Source: Amoebophrya sp. A120
Lineage: Eukaryota > Protista > Dinoflagellata
Assembly: GCA_905178155.1 (NCBI GenBank)
Contig: CAJINV010000005.1
Coordinates: 1,452,438 to 1,516,437 of the forward strand
DNA length: 64,000 bases
Reading direction: 5' to 3'
Part shown: positions 11,399 through 23,900 of the stretch, piece by piece
How positions within the stretch are numbered: position 1 is the first letter of the stretch
Layout: every line of letters starts with the position of its first letter
Program-made: the position numbers and the translations under genes
The notes under the pieces: model-generated
What the model saw: only the letters and a program-made list of their open reading frames with translations
What the model was told of the DNA's origin: nothing
The model's database searches: none

Positions 11399-14237
11399 CT
11401 ACGGCGCCACCCCCTTCGTAACTTCAATGAAGTTCTTCAGCTCGATCAAAAACGTGACAAAATCCGTCTCCTTAACTTCTTGTATCGGAGCGATGCGACC
11501 GCCCCAGCCGGTGCCTTCGCCGAAAAGTCTTCCGGGTAGGGTGCTGACCTGCCGCAAAGATCGCCCACCTGTTGCCCAGGGCCAAGCGCTGTCACCTCCC
11601 GCGCCCACCTCCATGGCATCGACGACATCTTTCGCTTTTCCCGGCAGGAGCGTGATCACCGCTTCAGCGATAAGCGAGGTTCTCTTGTTGATCGGGTCGG
11701 CAAACAAAAACGCTTCCATGTGCGTCGGCGGAGTCTCGTTGCCGGCGTTTTCTTGCGTCCAACCGCTTGGATAGATTCGGAGCTTCCAGGGACCGTGTTG
11801 CGTCAACCAGAAGTCATTCGACGAGAAACTGGATGGGTTCTTTGCCGAAAACTTCTGGTACATTTCCTTCACGTCCACGGTCCAGGCGACTCGACTTGAC
11901 ACGGGGGGCCGCTTGGCAGCGTCTTCTTTGCCTTTCCCTTTGGTGTTATCCTTGACAAAAAGGAGATCGTCCTTCAGCGACGTCACGCTGCGTGCTAGAT
12001 CCGCAGACAAAACGCTTTTCACCGCTTCGACCTCTGTCTTTACGGTGTTCCCGAGGCGGTCCTCCACCGACGTCAGTTCCTTCTTCAAAATCGTTGCCAA
12101 CTTCGTGTCGAGCGGTCCCGCTGCGGTCGTGTCGTCGTCCGGGGCAGTTCCAGTTCCCGTGGGCGCAGCACCAGCGATTTCTGCAACAGCCGCTAGTTCC
12201 ATCTTGACATCCGCCAGGTCCGTCCTGATGCTAGCCTGCAGTGAATAGAAGCCGAGGAGGAAACTCAACGGCAGCAGAACACCAAAAGCCACGAGAAACG
12301 CACAGGCAACAAAGAAGGCACTCCAAGAGGTGTTTGCAAGCATGTCACGCTGCTCCGTGTTCGTTGTCGCGACTATAGCGTCAAGTTTCTTCAGCGCCGT
12401 GGCGGTTGCCATTCCGCCTTTTACTTCTTCGATTTTCGCCGCAGTATCATCTGCTACCGTGGATAGACGTTTATCCAGCTCTTTGAGCCCGGATGCGGTT
12501 TCGTCCTTCACTTCGTTGATTTTCGCTTCAGTCTTATCTGCTTCCGTGGTTAGTCCCCTCCCCACGGCCTTGAAGCAAGAAGCGGTGGCGACCATGTGGT
12601 CCTTCATTGCCGCGTTGATCGTGGCTGCGTCCGCCGCCGCTTTGCTACTGGTCGTTGCAATGTTGCTCAACTGCGACAGGACGGTCGGCCCACTGGTAGC
12701 CTTGATGGTTCCGTGCACTGGGAGCGCTTCGTGACACGGAACAAACTCCGCGATCACCGTCACAAAGTTATGCTGCTTCAGCATGTCGAAGTTCGCAAAC
12801 TCTTTCCAGCCCTGCCCGTCGCCCCCTGCTAGGAAGCGGTAAGGCGCTTTGGAACGCGCCGTCTCCAGGAGGACGACATCCTGACCAGTGGAGGAACTGT
12901 TTTGATGTTTGCTCCCCGCAATTACCTTGACCCGCATGCCCTTGACCTCAACGTATTTTGTCGTGCTATCGGCTGCCAAGCACAGAAAGAGACTCATCCA
13001 CTTCGTTGGAGAAGCGCCGGTAGCTGCTGCTAAAGCTGATGTTCCGGCAGCACTGCTGATGCATCCGCGTATCTTGAATTTCCAGGGGCCGAACCCCTGC
13101 GTGGAGACAGGCGGAGAATACAGGTCCAGGTCCGGGGCCAGGCCGCCATGTTCCTCGCTGTAGATCTTTCTCACGTCGATGGTCCACTCTATCTTGGATG
13201 TTTCCGTCACCCCGATCTGCTCGGACAGCCTCGTCAGTTCGGCGTCCTTCCTCGCCCCTTCTTTTTTCAGGATTTGCACATGGAGTTCCGCGAAGGCCCG
13301 ATGGTGTTCCGCCTCCTGGTCCGGTTTGTACTTTGTGCCGCAAATGTCGCACTCCTTGAGAAGTGCGGAACAATCCTTCTCGTGCTCCTCCAACTGTTTC
13401 CGCTGCAGCGAAGCACCACAACCGTGCGGGCAAGCGACGAAGCACCACCCGCACTGGCCAAGGTGCTTCGCAAGCAGATCTCCGTACGAGCCGACCCACT
13501 CGCAGAAGATATCGCAGGACTCCTCGCCTGGTTGTTCCGTCTGGTGTCGCAGCGCTGCGGCGGAGTTTCCAGCTCTGTTTCCGTCGTCCTCGCCCTCCGG
13601 GGAATTGTTCCCGGAGGTGCTGCAGATTGTCGTGGAGCTCGTAGTTGTCGCTTTACTAGATACGGAGGACGAGGAAGAGGCACTGGCAGTGGTGACAAGG
13701 GAGGACGAAGAGGACGCTTTCCAGGATGACGCGGGGTCTGGATTCGCGTGCGGGCAGCGCACCTGAACATGTTGATGTTCATCCACTTGTCTCCCTACGC
13801 ATCACGTGTCTCGCCGTTGCTTTCGGCTTCATCACGCTTCAGGCTAGGAAAGAGTATAGTAAGCAACTAGTTGTACATGATGGAAGTTTACTAGCCAGGA
13901 ATCTATGATCGAGAAAAGACCAACAAGCGAGCAGCAAGTAAAAGGCTTCCAAATAAGCCCAAATATGTAGTACCTCGAGGTTGTTCAAGGCCCGAAGCAC
14001 GAACTGGTTCACATCTTTCAAGGGCGCCGGCTTCGTGTCGCCGAAGGGCTGGCGACAAGTCGGACAAGCCTGCACCTCCGCAACGCACGAACTACAGAAA
14101 ATGTGGTGGCAGCCCGTCTGAACTGGATCATTCCAAAGCGACAAGCAAACTGCGCATTCGTAGTTGAGAGCGTCCTTCCTAGCCTTGTCCTGCACAATGT
14201 CGTCGATCCTCAGCTTGTCCCGCCTTGAGGACACCAT
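11399..14237 (-). CDS. TRAF-like protein 3: RING, zinc fingers, MATH-like, coiled coil, internal TM, coiled coil, second MATH-like domain (~875 aa)
   Basis: Exons 13974..14237 and 11399..13762, with GT-AG intron 13763..13973 (LNNLE|VRCP). MATH1 is IEWTIDV...SPPV...FGPWKFKIR...MSLFL...GQGWKEF. The hydrophobic segment is WSAFFVACAFLVAFGVLLPLSFLLGFYSL. MATH2 is VAWTVDV...SNDFW...HGPWKLRIYPSG...MEAFL...GTGWG. Confidence 0.85.
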
Positions 14238-15232
14238 GGTGTCTGTTTGGTCTGGTTTTTCTTCTTTATCTTTGCTGACGCACAACGTAAAAATTTTTCG
14301 TCAAAGACACCGACTTTATCGCAAGACTGAATTTTTCATTTTTTAAGAGAAGTGGTTTTGTTCTTCTTGAGTTGCTTGCTGGCTTCTTTTGATGAGACGC
14401 AGAAATTTAAGATATCAACGTTAATCGTGAAGGTTCCGTTTCCAGACGAGGTACTTTCTCGAACAAGAGACGACGATACCGATTCTCTCAACGGCCTCTC
14501 ATCCACCGCGAAATGACGAAAACGACGAACCACGAAGGCTGACGAGGTCGGATGCCTGCTGCAAAACGAAAATTTAATATATGAATCTATCAAGCGATTT
14601 TTTTTTTGATTCCAGGAATTCTCCTTTGGATACGATTACGGACCCGAATCGCTCGGATGGTACATAGTTTAGAACTCTAGGAGCGAAACAAGTAAACCAT
14701 CACCATATGCAGATCATACAACCGGATCATATTCAACATTTTCACGATAGTGCTCCTAAGTCGTGGTCTGCTCAAGTACATCAAGTGTGAGGGACATCAA
14801 TCTGACATGGAGATGGACCTAACGACGGCATAGACGTGCAGATCACGGAGCAGGCGGGCCCAGCGAGGAGCACATCTTTATAGTGCACCTCCAAAGTGAT
14901 TATTACGATTACGAAAGAACTTATCATGATCTTTCCGTGAGGTCCGAGAATATCAGAATTGATCGCTTTTCTTTTCACATCGGGCGAGAAGACTAAACGC
15001 AAACGCATCAAAAAAAAGCCGAAGTTTGCTACGCAATTCATGGCTCATCTGGTGTGATGGCGGTGCGTTTTTCCTTGTTTGTGCATCAGTGTGCTTAGTA
15101 TATGCTACTTTAGTGAGGGGTTCAAAAATAGTGTCGCTTTGTTCTGGAGGAGGAGGTAATTTGCTCGTTCGTCGAGAGTTGTGTAGCTACAACAGCAGCA
15201 AAACATTATCAACGCCAAAATTCAAACCTACA

Positions 15233-16513
15233 TCAGAACTTCCTATGTCCATGCCGTTTTTGTTTTGGCTTGTTGTTTCCCTTCTCTTGCTTGCCGGTTG
15301 CCGAAAGGCTTTCCTCTTTCGCGCGCTTCTCAGCAGCCGCGACAGCAACAGGGTCGTGATCAGGAAATTTCCGATAATGTTCCTGCAGTTTTTTCACTGT
15401 CGTGAAATCCATGTTGCATGTGGCGCACACAATTGCATCTGCAAATTTGTCCAGTGGTGCGTCTACCGCTGCACCTTGCAAACCGCGCCCGTGCGGCTCC
15501 GAGTCCATCTTTGGTGCCTTAGGAGCCTCCTTGAGCAGTTGGCCCTTCGTGAAGTTGTCCTGATTCTTTTTGTGTTTTCCCGTCGTTGATGGGTCTGCTA
15601 ATACTTTGTTCTTCGCCGCCCTCCTCGAAGCTTTCGCCTTCGTATGTGATAGTACATTTCCGTCAACATCAGCACCCACAGCGCCCACGTTTGCTTCATC
15701 GACAACATCATTTCTCGTGCCAGCCACTATTGCCCGTCCTGTTGCGCCACCTCCTGCACCACAGAAATTTTCCTCGTCCTCTGACGAATCACCAGTACTA
15801 GAAGAAGTTTTGTTGTCCTTCCGGCCCAGAAACGCGAACAGGCGCCGGTCCTCTTTCGTCAGGTCCCAGCCCGAAGCAGCGACCTCCCGCCGCCGTTCGG
15901 TCGCGGCAATGTGAGCCAAATACCGCGGATCGACCAGCCGGAGTGCGGCGACTAGTCGCCGCACTGCTGGTTCGGAAAAGAAAATCGAAGCTCTGGAGGA
16001 AGAGTTCGCGTTTGCGCTTTCCGTACGTGCTGGTGGACTTTCGGTGTATTTTTGTTTGTCTTCGCCAACGGCGGTAATGCTGTCGTCCTCCACGCCGTCT
16101 TCCAAGTCCCCAAGTTTAACATGCACGAGGTCGTCCTCTTCCTCTACTTCGTCATCTTCGAAAGACACTGAGCATGATAGGCTCCCATCGTCGTGACCAT
16201 GCGCGCCGTCAGCTGTCGCCAAATCACATTTGAATCCAGCCCATTCCGCGTAAAACGGTCCGACGAGGTCCCGCCAACTGGAATCTGCGTCGCCAAAGTC
16301 GGTGGGGAGGCCGCACTCTGCATCCGCACCATTGCTGGCTGCGCGAGAAATCGCTCCGAATAATTTGTTGAGGAAAATGTAGGGGAAAGAAGTTGATGTC
16401 GCTGGGCTTGGTTGGGCGAAGGGCTCACGTTGCGCTTCCACCGCGTCCGCGAGGGCGGCGACGCTCTCAAAATTTGACAGTCGCGTCCGAACCATCATTT
16501 TTTGGAAAGCCAT
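15233..16513 (-). CDS. DNAJC21/Jjj1-like protein (zuotin-homology-type central region plus C2H2-like zinc finger), apparently lacking a J domain
   Basis: LPTDFGDADSSWRDLVGPFYAEWAGF and VRRLVAALRLVDPRY resemble the DNAJC21 motifs FPxFGDxxS...VxPFYxxWxxF and VRxLVxFxRKRDxRV. C-terminal CATCNMDFTTVKKLQEHYRKFPDH and a basic tail. First ATG at 16513; an upstream exon is not excluded. Confidence 0.65.
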   Translation of the reverse strand: MAFQKMMVRTRLSNFESVAALADAVEAQREPFAQPSPATSTSFPYIFLNKLFGAISRAASNGADAECGLPTDFGDADSSWRDLVGPFYAEWAGFKCDLATADGAHGHDDGSLSCSVSFEDDEVEEEDDLVHVKLGDLEDGVEDDSITAVGEDKQKYTESPPARTESANANSSSRASIFFSEPAVRRLVAALRLVDPRYLAHIAATERRREVAASGWDLTKEDRRLFAFLGRKDNKTSSSTGDSSEDEENFCGAGGGATGRAIVAGTRNDVVDEANVGAVGADVDGNVLSHTKAKASRRAAKNKVLADPSTTGKHKKNQDNFTKGQLLKEAPKAPKMDSEPHGRGLQGAAVDAPLDKFADAIVCATCNMDFTTVKKLQEHYRKFPDHDPVAVAAAEKRAKEESLSATGKQEKGNNKPKQKRHGHRKF

Positions 16514-17274
16514 TCGGGTTCGAAAGGACAACTCCCACACTTGTTACAATTCTACCTTCACCAGCGCCTGCAACACAGCGTATACACAAAGGCGACAAGA
16601 AACGCTTCTACTTTAATCAGGGAAAAAGTCCGAGTTGATAGCGCCATCCATAAACAAAGGACGATGCGCTGAGTCTTTCTCTTCGAAATATGGTTGAACT
16701 TGGACCTGAAGCATCAACATTATCATTACTCTTGCCTTCGGGCAGGACTTCACTTCACAGCCTTGAAGACATCATCCCACGTCTCCACCACGAAAATGAT
16801 CGCGTGCGCGTTCAGTACATCGCTCGCCGAACAACACACACCGCGAATTCTTTCCATTTTGGGCACAGGTATAATTTTGCCCTTCATGATCTATCATCAC
16901 TCACAAATAGCAGATCTGAATCTGATCAACAATTGGCTCACAAATAAAGGACTCCACATTCTTCATTTTCGTTTATTTTTTGAACTGAGCGCACTTATCG
17001 TTATCTTCCAGATCACTAATCAGGCCGAAAAGAAGCTCTAGATCTCGAAGAAGCTTCTGCTCTGGACTCTTTTTCATTAAAATAAAAATCAAAATCTAAG
17101 GTACGCGTTACTGGATCAGAAGAGATCAGTTCTTAAATGGGTGCAGCATCGGTAGATTCGGCGGTGATTCCTGCGGAAAAGGAGAAGCGAAGGTTCTGAA
17201 AAACGAGGGCCGCGCTCACGTTCCTTCTAGTTTTCTGCGCTCGGACGGTGGAGTGAATCGCTATTTACTTTACT

Positions 17275-19142
17275 TCAGGGACCGGTCTTCAGAATCGCAG
17301 TGACGATTTCGTTGTCCATCGGAAATGTGCCGTCTTTTTTCTGCCTTGCGGGGCCGAAGCGGATCATGATCGTGATGTACGGGGAGGCTTTAATTTCAGA
17401 CACTGGGAGACTTTTTATATTAGACCAGCCAATACCGCGGGTGCCGAGGTTTATGCACTGGCCCACGCCGTTGTGCGTGACAATCGCGAGCGACTCGTCT
17501 ACGTGCCCCGAGACATCTGCCCGGCCTTTGCGAAAATAGACACTCCATGGAGGCACGCGAGTCGCTATCGGGCGGTCCTCGCTAGCTGCATCTGTTTCGC
17601 CTTTGTATCCGATGTAAAATGAGCAGTGTGTTCCAGTTCCCGTCGAGCAGCCGTGTGGTGTGACTAAGGCGTAGAATGGGCCGACGGGTCCTTTTTAAGT
17701 AACAAAATGAGCTTGTATGCAATAGAAATAGATGCTGAATTGAGCAACGGAAAAGAAAGATAACCTCAGCTGCAGGGAAGTTTTCAAACGCAATCGCAAC
17801 GAAACAAAAAAAAGGCAGCGCTGCTCGAGCGTCGTCCTGTATAGAGATCTTGCTAAGTATACCAGGCAAAAAGAATGGCGGAGACCATTCTTTGTGGCCT
17901 TTCCGCGTACACCGGCGATAGAGGTCCGCTGTGTTAATCGTCCAGTCAACTGCCAACGTCCCGCAGATATTTTTGAGGTTTTTGATCACCGACCCCAGCT
18001 GGTCCGCAGTTTTCTTTCCGATCGCTGTGACGTGTGCTGTTTTTGCGCCGTTGCTCTCGACTTTGACAAGCCGTTTGTCGACTTCCGCGACCTTTGTCGC
18101 CTTGGCGCCTTCTTTCTCGATCTTTGTGATTCGCTTGTCCATGGCTTGCATCAGGGAGTGCATCTGGTCCAGCTTGGAGCCGCCGCCTGCTGGATCCGCG
18201 CCCACATCTGCTAACCGCTTCTCTAGGATTGTCACATGAAGCTCCGCCCGCTCTCTTCGATGCGCCTCCACAGCGTCCGGCTTCATTTTTTCGCCACAGA
18301 TGCTGCACTCGACAAGCAGTTTCTGGCAGTGCGCTTCGTGGACAGTGAGATTTCTTCGCTGCATGGACTCCCCGCAGCCCCTCGGGCAATCGACGATCTG
18401 GCACTCGCACTCGGCCAGATGCTTCGCTAGTAAATCACCGTAGGACCCCGTCCAAGTACAGTAAAGAAACTCATCACTGTCTGCGTGCTGGTGCGCCACC
18501 AGAAAGGAGGATGAGGAGGAAGAAGAGCTACTGCCTGGGGCCCGGACCGCTTTCGAGTTGTTTGCTTTCCGCTTTTTCGCCGCCGGGCCGGGCTCTTCGG
18601 ACGCGCTACCGCTCAAATTGCCCAAGCCGGTGCCAGATGCTTCGGCCGCTGCGTTTGGGCAAGTTACCTGTAAGGGTCCGCGTTCGTGTTAGTTTTGGTG
18701 AGTACAGCGGACTCGTCAGCGTCGAGACAACCGAATGTGGCTTCTTGTGGTTCCCTATGCAGTATCATTGATACTGCATAGGGAACCACAAGAAGCCACA
18801 TGCTTCCGCATATCTCCAACCCACCAGCATGCTGTTGCTGGCCACCCAGGAAAAAAAAAAAGCGCGAAACTCGATACGTACCTTCAGCCCGTTCAACACA
18901 CGCAGCGCGAATGGGTTCGAGTCGCGCAGCGGCTTCGGCTTCTCCTCTCCGAATGGCTTGCGGCACGTCGGACAGGCGAGCAAGCCGCTCACACAAGATC
19001 CGCAGAAAATATGATGGCAGTCCGTCTGGACGGCATCCTGATGCCACAAAGACATACACACTGCGCACTCGTACTCCTGAGCACTCCGCCGCTCGTCCTC
19101 CTGGACGATGTCATCGATCTTCAGCTTGTTTCTCACCGACAT
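17275..19142 (-). CDS. TRAF-like protein 4: RING, zinc fingers, coiled coil, MATH-like (~493 aa)
   Basis: Exons 18882..19142, 17863..18667 and 17275..17690. GT-AG introns 18668..18881 (LNGLK|VTCP) and 17691..17862 (phase 1, giving SPPFFLPGPVGPFYALV). Contains CTWTGSYGDLLAKHL, VDWTINT, CSFYIG and RGIGWSN. Confidence 0.85.
18735..18801. repeat. Perfect 67-bp palindrome (33-bp arms, 1-nt spacer) inside intron 1 of TRAF-like 4
   Basis: ATGTGGCTTCTTGTGGTTCCCTATGCAGTATCA-T-TGATACTGCATAGGGAACCACAAGAAGCCACAT. Confidence 0.95.
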
Positions 19143-20103
19143 GATGGTTTTGCTTTCAAATTCAATGCGTTGGGTGTAGCTTTTGCTTTCGACTCGACAA
19201 CTGATGCGATGGCTACGTCTAGTCCCACTCTAGTACAACTGGTGAGTACATGTACAACAATACGGTACAACAATATATTGAAAACTAAAATCCCAGAGGG
19301 AAGTTTGAAAATAAGTACCACGGTACAACTAAAACTATATACAGCGTATAGTAGGTTGTTTTCCTTGTTTGCACTTCTTTGTATACTACCGTCGTTCCAC
19401 CTAGCGAGTCGTGTGTTCATTTAGAGAAAGCATCAGTATCGAATTCGAGATGAAAGACAGACACGCATACGCCTCTAGCTGCGAAAATTTGCTTGTTGCA
19501 CTAGTTTTCACGGCAGCGATTCTACCTCCGACACCTGGCGATCTTTATCATCATGAGCATCCTGTTTCACTTTCCAGCCAATGCCACGTCTTTCGTAATA
19601 ATCATGCCGATTTATCCCCCCCGGACACAACCCGTCTTGCCAACGAAGTTGCAATCACATCAAATATCGGCCGCACAGGCACAACCGGCGACCTATAGCT
19701 TGTCGAACTGAAAATACCTTGTTGATGATGTTAACCAAAACGTAAGAAAGTGTCTCGGTAGTCGCAGTCGGTCGTTGTTCTGTGAATAAAAAAATAGAAC
19801 AATCAACAACAGAATTATAAATCCATTTCATCCACCGCTGCCGCAGCGGCAGCCATTCTTCATACACAAAATTGCAATCCCACAATCACAGTGACAAGAA
19901 ATAGCCGTTGCAAAAACAAGTTCGTGGAAGAAGTAGACAACTTGGATCATCGTTTTTCGTAATCTTCTTGGAAACTTGAGAGTGAGGGAAACGTGAAGAA
20001 GTACTCCCGTTGGCACATTGAGTTGTTAGCTTTATCATACCAGTTCGATCGCATACCACGGAAATTTCAAAAGCAGATAGATAGATAGATTACCCAGCAA
20101 GGG

Positions 20104-20175
20104 GTTAAAAGGAGCAAAGCTGCAGTATAGAGACAGTTTGTTAAAAGGAGCAAAGCTGCAGTATAGAGACAGTTT
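20104..20175. repeat. Perfect 36-bp tandem duplication (intergenic)
   Basis: GTTAAAAGGAGCAAAGCTGCAGTATAGAGACAGTTT twice, at 20104-20139 and 20140-20175. Confidence 0.95.
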
Positions 20176-20980
20176 CACTCTTGATTATTTTTTTTCTCTA
20201 TAGTGTTCTTTCTGCTTGCCGCTCTGCGTTGTTGAGGCATCTTCCGTGAAGCTGTGAATTTGCATAGGAGAAAACTCAGCAGCAGGCGGGAGTGCTTTCA
20301 GTGCGTCTTTGTGGTTTTACGTGGTGGCTTTTTGTTGTCTAGGGAGCTGTGGTTTAGATCGTCCAAAGTGCAAGGCGCCAGAAGTGTTAAGAGATTGTAA
20401 GAGGGATCCTTACTTCGTGCTTCAGTGGACTTTCCGTATTAAACTTTCCGAGGTTTTTTCTTTTGTTCTATGTTTTTGCCTCTTGTTCCGCGGGTGGAAT
20501 ACTCAACTGTCTGTGAAAAAAAAAAGATCGACATCACAGACCTGGGGCGGTCGGGACAGCAAAATCATATATTTGGGAAGAGGAAGTTGAAGTAAGTTCT
20601 GCTAGCGCCCGGATACCTTCCTACTGCGAACGAGGGCGCTCGCACTACTGCTTTTTACCTAGTTCTATTTGCGTACTTTTACAAAGTTCCAATCAGGGCG
20701 CTCTTTTGTTTGATTTCAATTTCATTCATTTGAGTTCAGGTAAAAATGTTGAGAAGAAAAGCGAAAAGCAACATCAGTTCAGCACTAAAATTCCTGAAGT
20801 AGCCCCATCAATTCAGGAAGCCAGATGATTGACACTGTCAAAATTGTGCTTCGAAACGATAAAAATCTTACACGAACAAGGAACCACAAACTCAAGCTCT
20901 ATTACGATCAAATTTTAGATTCTATATTTGCCTTTCTAATGTACTCATGATAACCACCAGGCTGGCACACTTCTACTCCC

Positions 20981-23900
20981 TCACCCTTCCAACCAAAAAT
21001 CCGGATTCGTCGTCATCCAGACACAACCCGCAACCACCGCGGAGATCTGCAAAAGCTGGAAAACAGTGTGCACAATTTCGCGAAAGTTGATCGAGTTTTT
21101 CGAGCTTGTCGCGTCTTCCAGCACTTCTGCCCCGGTTTCCGCGAACGCGTCTTCGACCTCGTGCAATTCTTTTTCCTGATCATTGGAGAACTGCTCTTGT
21201 TCAAAAGGCTGCACAAGAGGATTCACTTTTTCCACAAACACTCCGGGTGCATCATGCAGTTCGACGTTTTCCTCGTTTTGCTGTCCGTGAAACGCCGCGT
21301 CCACGCCAATCTGCTTCTCCGACTGCGTTAGAGACTTACCTTCCAGACGCTCCATGTTGGTGGCCGCTGCGTCTGGTCCCGGTACCTGGACCATGTTGTT
21401 CAAGCCCGTGGTCTTTGTCCGCGGCATCGGCAAACGGAGTTTCGACGGTTGACAAATTGTTCTTCCGGTTTCGACGAACTGTGGCGCTTTCCTCGGAGAG
21501 GAAGGTTTCGCTTCCTTTTTCAAAGCGCTCTTCAGCGGAATCTTCTTCACGTTCGCCTTCACGACCTGACTCTGCTTTTCGACCGCGGAAGAACCAGCTG
21601 GACTCGCCGCACTACCGTTTGCATCCGCTGCGCAGACCCTCCCCACCGCCTGTCGCATGCGCTGCAGCAAGGCGTTGCTAACGCGATTCTTGTCGGTGCG
21701 GGCGAGCACGGAGGCTAAGTCAGGTTCTACAGGCGAAGTCGAAGATGCTCCTTTGTGTTGAGACACAACCGTCTTGCCCAGCGGTGTAATTGTTCGACAG
21801 AAAGAGGATGCAGATGGCGACATTATCGACAACGAGTTTTGCTGTTCCGCGTTCACTTCCACCCGTTTCCGCTGCAATTTGAACAGCTGGTCCAACTCGC
21901 GGGCGCGGTCGAAGTCCCGAAACAACTCCGGTTTCCGGATCAAATGTTCGTCCCAATCCGGGCGAATGGTTGACGACGGATTCAAGTTGGAATTTGTCTG
22001 GCTCACAGTGGCACAGGTGAACTCTTCATCTACTTCTTGGTCCTCCAGGGAGTGCAGCCACTGGTCACTGACCATTTTCAACTCCCGGGCAGCAATGCAG
22101 CGGAAATGTTGGCAGTCGTCGTTCGCGCAGACACACCGGTATTTCGAGGCACCTGAAGGAAAAAATCGAAGTTTTTCATGAGTATGATATGTGGTGCCTT
22201 GGTTGCAAGAAATGCACTGATCACGACACAAGGCTTTTAAGTGTTGACCAATGTGACACATTAATATTTATACCTTTCTGCTTCGCCAGCGTAGATGCTG
22301 TAGAGAGGAGATGAAACCGGTGCTCACTTTCCGACACCTGGGACACGCCGACTGGAATCTCGATCGGTGGTGTCGTGGCGACTTCTTGCTTTTTCTCTTT
22401 CTTCACTTTTTTTTTCTCTGAAGAAGCAGCAGCACCAGGAGAAGATCTCGTAGTCTTGCTCGTGTTGAGATTCGGGTCCTTTTTCTTGTCCTTCACCTTC
22501 TGCTGATTTGCATCCGCGGTTGTCATCGGCAAGGTCGGCTTTTTCTGTCGCGCAGAAGTCTGCCACTGCCTTGCATCCCCAGGGTTACTTGATTTTGTTT
22601 TCTTCTGCACGGTCGACAAAGAGCCATTGGTAGACGACGAGATAACGGAGACGGCTGCTGCTTGCCTGCTCGTGTTCTTGTCGGTCATCTCCTCCACCTG
22701 TCGCGTCTTCATGGCCTTCAAACACGCAGTTGACAGAGGCTCCTGCCGCGCAGGATCGGCGGTTCTTTGGTCCTTCTTGGAGGTAGAAGCAGCTTTTTTG
22801 TCAGCGTTGTTTTGGCCGACGAAAAGGTCCTCCATGTCCTTGGCTGCCGTGTTCACGTTGTCATTGAGCGTGGAAGTCCTCATTCCCTTCATGTTCGGAT
22901 CTTCTACCATGCCGTCCTTTTCTTTCTGCGGGAAGCCGGGGTCTTCGGTGTGGCGACGCCCTTTTCCATCTTCCTTTTCTGCAACAGCATCCTGCATCGT
23001 CGTACTCGCCTCACCAGCGCTTTCAGCTGTTAGAGCAGTTCCAGCACTCATCTTCATTTCGTCCAGCGTCTCCAGAAACGCATCGAGTTCTCCGGGCCCT
23101 TCTAAAGTGAAGGACTCCTCGTCGGTTACGTTCGCATCTGGTTCACCTTCACCAGCAACACAGATTTTCTCCGTTCCTGTACCGCCGCAGAAAGCGCCGG
23201 TATCTTCAGCGACCGGTGTCGGAGCGTCCGGCAACCCGAGTTCGTCCTCGATCTCATCAAAAGTCAACTTCACCGGAGTTTTCGCACGGGCGAACGTAGA
23301 CTTCGGCTGCGTGGTGGTTTTGGTTTTGAGTTTGATGCTGGAAGTAGAGAGTTTTTTGCTCAAAGACTTCCCAGTTGACGCCGACAGGTTTTTGTTGCTA
23401 TCAGAAGCTGTTGTCCCCGTTTCCGCTGGTCGCAGCAGTAATGATGTCTTCTTCATCCGCGACGTGCGCGCTGCGGTCGCACTGCTGGGTGTCGCGGTGG
23501 CAGCAGGTTTCTTCACCTTCATCGCCGGCACCGCGCTGGTGCTCTCAGGTTTCGTTTTCATCCCAGAGGACGCAACCGAGGACGACGAAGAACCCACACT
23601 CGCCGCTGTGCTCGGCGTCGCGACCACTTTTTTCGACGCAGACTGTTCTTTCATCGCCTCCGCTTTGCGCTTCCGTTCCTCCCACCGCGCGGCGGAATTC
23701 CTCTCGAAGGCAAGCCGATTTGCTTCCGCTTCTTTGGAGGATGGTGTGTTGTTTAGTGGAGTTCTTGCGGGTGACGCGGTGGGATCATGATCTTGGTCAT
23801 CAGCAAGTTTTTCGTTTGCTTCCACAACCGCAGCGGGCGTCCCTTGCTCCGCTGGAGAAACTGCTTGGGTTGTCTGCATAATTTCTGTCGGCTTTATTTC

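Noticed and set aside
20104-20175. 36-bp repeat as a CRISPR repeat
   Set aside because: Two abutting copies with no spacer, in a eukaryotic context without cas genes.
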